DNA from: an uncultured virus (IMG/VR IMGVR_UViG_3300044699_000033)
Taxonomy: Duplodnaviria; Heunggongvirae; Uroviricota; Caudoviricetes
Reading direction: 5' to 3' (one strand)
IMG/VR virus record: IMGVR_UViG_3300044699_000033
Length of the DNA: 20,000 nt
Shown: piece by piece, positions 16,934 to 20,000 of the stretch
Position numbering within the stretch: position 1 is the first letter of the stretch
How the letters are laid out: every line of letters starts with the position of its first letter
Program-made: the position numbers and the translations under genes
The notes under the pieces: model-generated
Seen by the model: the letters and a program-made list of their open reading frames with translations, nothing else
The model's database searches: none
What the model was told of the DNA's origin: nothing

Positions 16934-17643
16934 GGAAATCTAGGTGGTTTTAGTCTTATAATCTTGTAAAATCCCACTCTTGCTCCAGGAGAATTGTTTG
17001 GAAAGTCATATGTAGCTGAAAGAGCCACTACACCATCCTTCTTATTCTTCAAAAGCACTCCTATATCAGCCATTTGGAATGTAGGATTGTTGAACAAGGT
17101 TGAGACAGATCCTCCTGCAAACACCTGATTTCTAGGCTTTGGATAAACAGTATTAGTAATAGTTGTTATAGTATGAGGAAAACTGAGCTGATAACTGGGC
17201 TGTGTAGACTTTAGAGTGTTTTCACTCACTGTTTGCTTCAAATTCACCACACCCACTCTCTTTCCAGCTGTGTCTTTAAGCTGTATAGAATCTTCATAAT
17301 GCTTTACAGCATAATACTGTTGCCCTAAAGCTTCTATTCTTGATGATAGATCCTTTACCTGTGCTACCAGTCCTTCAATTGTAGAGGCAGGAATAACACC
17401 TTGAGCACTTTGAGGAATAGGTACATATACAGTATTACCTTGCTGTTGAGGTGTATATGGTGGATTTACAACAATTGGTTGTACTACTGTTACTGTCTTA
17501 CTTGTGGTGTCAGATTTAGTAGTCTCTCCACCCCCTCTACCACCACATCCACTGAAATACATGATAATAAATACTGTTCCAACAAGGATTATACCAAAAT
17601 TCCTTTTAATTATGTCCCAAATTTCATTTTTAACTATTGTCAT
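16930..17643 (-). CDS. Membrane-anchored protein with C-terminal beta-strands; candidate spanin-like lysis protein
   Basis: N-terminal TM ending in FSGC, T/P/V-rich linker, short coiled coil, and four amphipathic C-terminal strands ending ARVGFYKI. Confidence 0.55.
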   Translation of the reverse strand: MTIVKNEIWDIIKRNFGIILVGTVFIIMYFSGCGGRGGGETTKSDTTSKTVTVVQPIVVNPPYTPQQQGNTVYVPIPQSAQGVIPASTIEGLVAQVKDLSSRIEALGQQYYAVKHYEDSIQLKDTAGKRVGVVNLKQTVSENTLKSTQPSYQLSFPHTITTITNTVYPKPRNQVFAGGSVSTLFNNPTFQMADIGVLLKNKKDGVVALSATYDFPNNSPGARVGFYKIIRLKPPRFP

Positions 17644-17914
17644 TGTTTGTTATTTTATTGTTTAAAGTAGGAGCAGCACCCAATGTACCCCATGTAGGCC
17701 AAGGATTGGGGTCCAAAATGGGTGGAGGGCTGTAAGGCTGTGCTGGACTAGGCATAATTACATACTTAACACCATCATTATCCTGCAAAAGTACCCACAT
17801 TTCATCAAATGTTATCTTTTCCTCTGTAAATAACCTGTATATTATCTCCTTTTTTGTAGGAGATGTACTATATTCTAATGGAGATGTACCATTACTTGTT
17901 GTCGTTGTCACCAT
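17630..17914 (-). CDS. Small protein with SHOCT-like helical hairpin and Pro-rich tail
   Basis: KKEIIYRLFTEEKITFDEMWVLL followed by PSPAQPYSPPP. Confidence 0.55.
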   Translation of the reverse strand: MVTTTTSNGTSPLEYSTSPTKKEIIYRLFTEEKITFDEMWVLLQDNDGVKYVIMPSPAQPYSPPPILDPNPWPTWGTLGAAPTLNNKITNNDNS

Positions 17915-18607
17915 TTTTATCCTCTTTTTTAGTTAATTTGTCAGTTTTTAAGTCTTCTTTTGTCTTTTCAGCAGCTTCTTCCATTAAACAGTCAAAAGTG
18001 GTAAGACCTACACCTGAATACCCATTATCAGCAGTTCTAGCATAGTATATCTTCCTTGCATTAGCAATATTAGCACCTCCCAATTGCACACCTGTTATGT
18101 TATTAGTGAATGTAAGACTATTACTTGCAGAAATACCCATTCCTACAGCACTCTTAATAGACTCTTCTGTTGTTCCCTGAATGTAATAGCCCAACCCAGC
18201 TTCCTTTTCTTCTCAATAAGCTTTTTAACATCCTCATGCTTAAACTCCTTACTGTCATTTTCCTCTCCATCTGTCAATATAGACACAAATACATTCTTTT
18301 CCTTCTTTCCCACCATATTAAATCCTTTACCAATCGCATCGTATAAGGCTGTCATACCTCTTGTCTTATAATCTGCTGATATAGAATCCTTTAGAGTTAT
18401 ACTAGATGAGACATTTACTAGTTCTCTTACATCTCCATTTCCAGAGAAGTCTATGACAATTGTGCTTGTCTTCACTTTTGCCTTGTCCTTTACAGCATCA
18501 ATCTTAATTTGAGCTAAGAGCTCTTTGAGGCCATTAACCACAGCTTCCTTTTTGGACTCCATAGATCCAGAAGCATCAATAATAATTAAATTTGTTGTTT
18601 TTTTCAT
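17892..18607 (-). pseudogene. vWA-domain protein split by a 1-nt frameshift near 18178
   Basis: MIDAS motif IIDASGSM, GMTALYDAIG and ILTDGEENDS in frame 1 (18607-18179). The expected continuation GTTEESIKSAVGMGI is in the -1 frame (18176-17892). Confidence 0.7.
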
Positions 18608-18915
18608 TCTATTTCTTGTTTATTTATTTGGTTTTCAATCTTTTCTATCCTATACCCCTGAAGCATATCCATTAAAACATTGAGCATTCCTACACCAGGG
18701 ATGGAATACCTTATAAAGGCGGAGGCATTTGGATCTGGTTCTTCATCTGTCCTATCTATTACAAATGAACTATAGCTACCCTTTATTAAGTTCATAAACT
18801 CACCCTTGAGGTGATCTGCCACCCTAGGAGAGCAATGCAAGTGATAATAAGCATCATGCACCCTATTATTCTCTGGGTAGAGACTCATTATCTCATCTTT
18901 TAGTAAATCAATCAT
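18604..18915 (-). CDS. Hypothetical protein, first gene of the minus-strand block
   Basis: 103 aa; ATGA overlap with the vWA gene; ATG starts 5 nt after the -7 box. Confidence 0.7.
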   Translation of the reverse strand: MIDLLKDEIMSLYPENNRVHDAYYHLHCSPRVADHLKGEFMNLIKGSYSSFVIDRTDEEPDPNASAFIRYSIPGVGMLNVLMDMLQGYRIEKIENQINKQEIE

Positions 18916-18919
18916 TCAC

Positions 18920-18951
18920 CAAAGATAAGGACATTAAATTAACTTTCCAAA
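18920..18951 (-). promoter_or_regulatory. Bacteroidetes primary-sigma promoter (-33 TTTG / -7 TAnnTTTG)
   Basis: TTTG (18951-18948), 20 nt, TATCTTTG (18927-18920): exact match to the Bacteroidetes consensus. Confidence 0.85.
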
Positions 18952-19145
18952 TTATTTTGCATATTTTTATTTTATTTTTTTAAATTTTTTGATTTTTCTT
19001 TTTTTGGGAATTTTTTTATGAATGGGAGGAGCTGTGTACCACTACCCTAGAAAACCCCACCTAATATTGGAGATGTTCCTATATCCCCCATCTCCTCTCC
19101 TATTATTCAACGGTGATTTGGGGAATTCACCATAATATTAATATT
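18952..19145. other. Non-coding divergence region: T-tract block followed by C-rich hairpin region
   Basis: Runs of T5-T7 at 18964-19017; stems ggagatg/catctcc (19069-19095) and ggtga..tcacc (19112-19131); coding strand switches here. Confidence 0.6.
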
Positions 19146-19586
19146 ATGAGCGAGAAACTTTTAGAATGCACATCAGTTGTGCCAAGAAACAGCAAGACAA
19201 CCAACAAGCCTTACATGATGGCTACTTTCAGACCTGTAAAGGTTATTGGTGAGAAGACTGTCATCACAGGCAGGAATTCAGGTAATGTTCCGTTTAATCC
19301 AGGCAAAGAACCTAGTGTTGGTGATTTGTTTGAGGGTGCACTGGTTAGATTGAGCACAATGCCTTATCAGATTGAGGACAATACAGTAGATTCCATTACT
19401 GTTGTTGCCTTTGCTGATGAGAATCCTGTGCAGATTGCTAACAGGCTGTTGACCACACAGCATGGTGATGTGTGTGTGCTTGTTAATGGCAAACCTTCCA
19501 TTGACTTCAGTGCTGCTGCTGATGATGATGAGCAGGGTGCTGATGATGAGGAAGCGGTAATTGTCAAAAAGGGCAAGAAGAAATAG
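19146..19586 (+). CDS. Hypothetical protein with beta-rich core and acidic tail (SSB/OB-fold candidate)
   Basis: Likely ATG at 19146 (MSEKLLECT..., 146 aa); C-terminal AAADDDEQGADDEEA...KKGKKK; followed by a terminator. Confidence 0.65.
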   Translation: MSEKLLECTSVVPRNSKTTNKPYMMATFRPVKVIGEKTVITGRNSGNVPFNPGKEPSVGDLFEGALVRLSTMPYQIEDNTVDSITVVAFADENPVQIANRLLTTQHGDVCVLVNGKPSIDFSAAADDDEQGADDEEAVIVKKGKKK

Positions 19587-19592
19587 GATATT

Positions 19593-19624
19593 CAGGGGGT
19601 TACGGCCCCCTGTTATTCCTTTTT
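19593..19624 (+). terminator. Rho-independent terminator
   Basis: CAGGGGGT-TACG-GCCCCCTG stem with UNCG tetraloop, then TTATTCCTTTTT, 6 nt after the stop codon. Confidence 0.85.
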
Positions 19625-19643
19625 AGGGCTCATCCAATAACCT

Positions 19644-19719
19644 TTAAATAACGCAAAATAGGCCAAACCAATATAATTCATTGTAAACCAATTCTTTAAC
19701 CAATTAAATAACGCAAAAT
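19644..19719 (+). repeat. 16-bp direct repeat TTAAATAACGCAAAAT, 60-nt period
   Basis: Copies at 19644-19659 and 19704-19719; the second overlaps the ATG at 19718. Confidence 0.8.
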
Positions 19720-19930
19720 GAAACTCTTAACCATCATTTGCACCATAATATTCATTGTTTGCCCAGCATTATTATGGATTCTCACAGGCACTCACCTGCA
19801 TTGGGCATTTGATGCAGGACAATTATCTGTCTTAATATTAATAACAGCATCAGCATGGCTGGCAGCAGGCATATTAATAATGGGATGGACATTAGACAAG
19901 GAAATAGACAGGGAAATAAGGAATAATTAG
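19718..19930 (+). CDS. Small two-TM membrane protein
   Basis: 70 aa; two hydrophobic segments and a charged C-terminal tail (DKEIDREIRNN). Confidence 0.7.
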   Translation: MKLLTIICTIIFIVCPALLWILTGTHLHWAFDAGQLSVLILITASAWLAAGILIMGWTLDKEIDREIRNN

Positions 19931-19934
19931 TGTT

Positions 19935-19981
19935 ATAACACCATTCCAAAGCATTTATACAAGGAGAATGGTGTTATTTTT
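19935..19981 (+). terminator. 12-bp inverted repeat followed by a T-run
   Basis: ATAACACCATTC (19935-19946) / GAATGGTGTTAT (19966-19977), 19-nt loop, then TTTT. Confidence 0.5.
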
Positions 19982-20000
19982 AATTGATTTGGATCAAGAA

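Noticed and set aside
593..18371. Plus-strand ORFs in the track (e.g. 593-778, 1268-1528, 1973-2308, 1986-2321, 3527-3790, 4512-4832, 8922-9206, 17401-17670)
   Set aside because: Antisense shadows of long, motif-bearing minus-strand genes; biased composition and no initiation signals.
869..18915. Stop-codon reassignment (TAG/TGA), known in some Crassvirales
   Set aside because: TerL, portal and MCP are full length in code 11, coding density is near complete, and TGA (ATGA overlaps) and TAG (11314) both serve as real stops.
856..19103. Shared 11-mer TCCTCTCCTAT (minus 856-866; plus 19093-19103)
   Set aside because: An 11-nt match is expected by chance in 20 kb across both strands, and the flanks are not similar.
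19278..19576. Minus-strand ORFs 19278-19463 and 19367-19576
   Set aside because: Antisense to the 19146-19586 gene, which is supported by its terminator.
19644..19719. Mini CRISPR array
   Set aside because: Only two 16-bp AT-rich, non-palindromic copies. The PD-(D/E)XK nuclease is a stand-alone phage type and no cas genes are present.

Overview
The window is a fragment of a crAss-like (Crassvirales-type) phage genome, most likely infecting Bacteroidetes (perfect TTTG-N20-TAnnTTTG promoter, DUF1573 protein, no obvious Shine-Dalgarno sites). About 19 kb is one tightly coupled minus-strand block. It runs from accessory genes (vWA protein split by a frameshift, two exported/lipoproteins, SAM methyltransferase, PRTase-like protein) through wHTH, HU/IHF-like, Cys-rich, DUF1573 and PD-(D/E)XK nuclease genes into the head module: putative TerS, TerL, portal, scaffold-like protein, major capsid protein (MCP) and a truncated gene-75-like ORF. 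After a T-rich, structured divergence region, two plus-strand genes begin. The main find is a 54-nt sequence (780-833, minus strand) between the MCP stop and the next structural gene. It folds exactly as a minimal HDV-like (theta-type) self-cleaving ribozyme, has no tRNA next to it, and sits directly behind a hairpin, which suggests ribozyme-based processing of the capsid operon mRNA. Other signals are an AACCAAC motif before many start codons, three aligned promoters (one probably leaderless) and strong CpG depletion. All protein calls come from motif recognition and gene order, not database searches.
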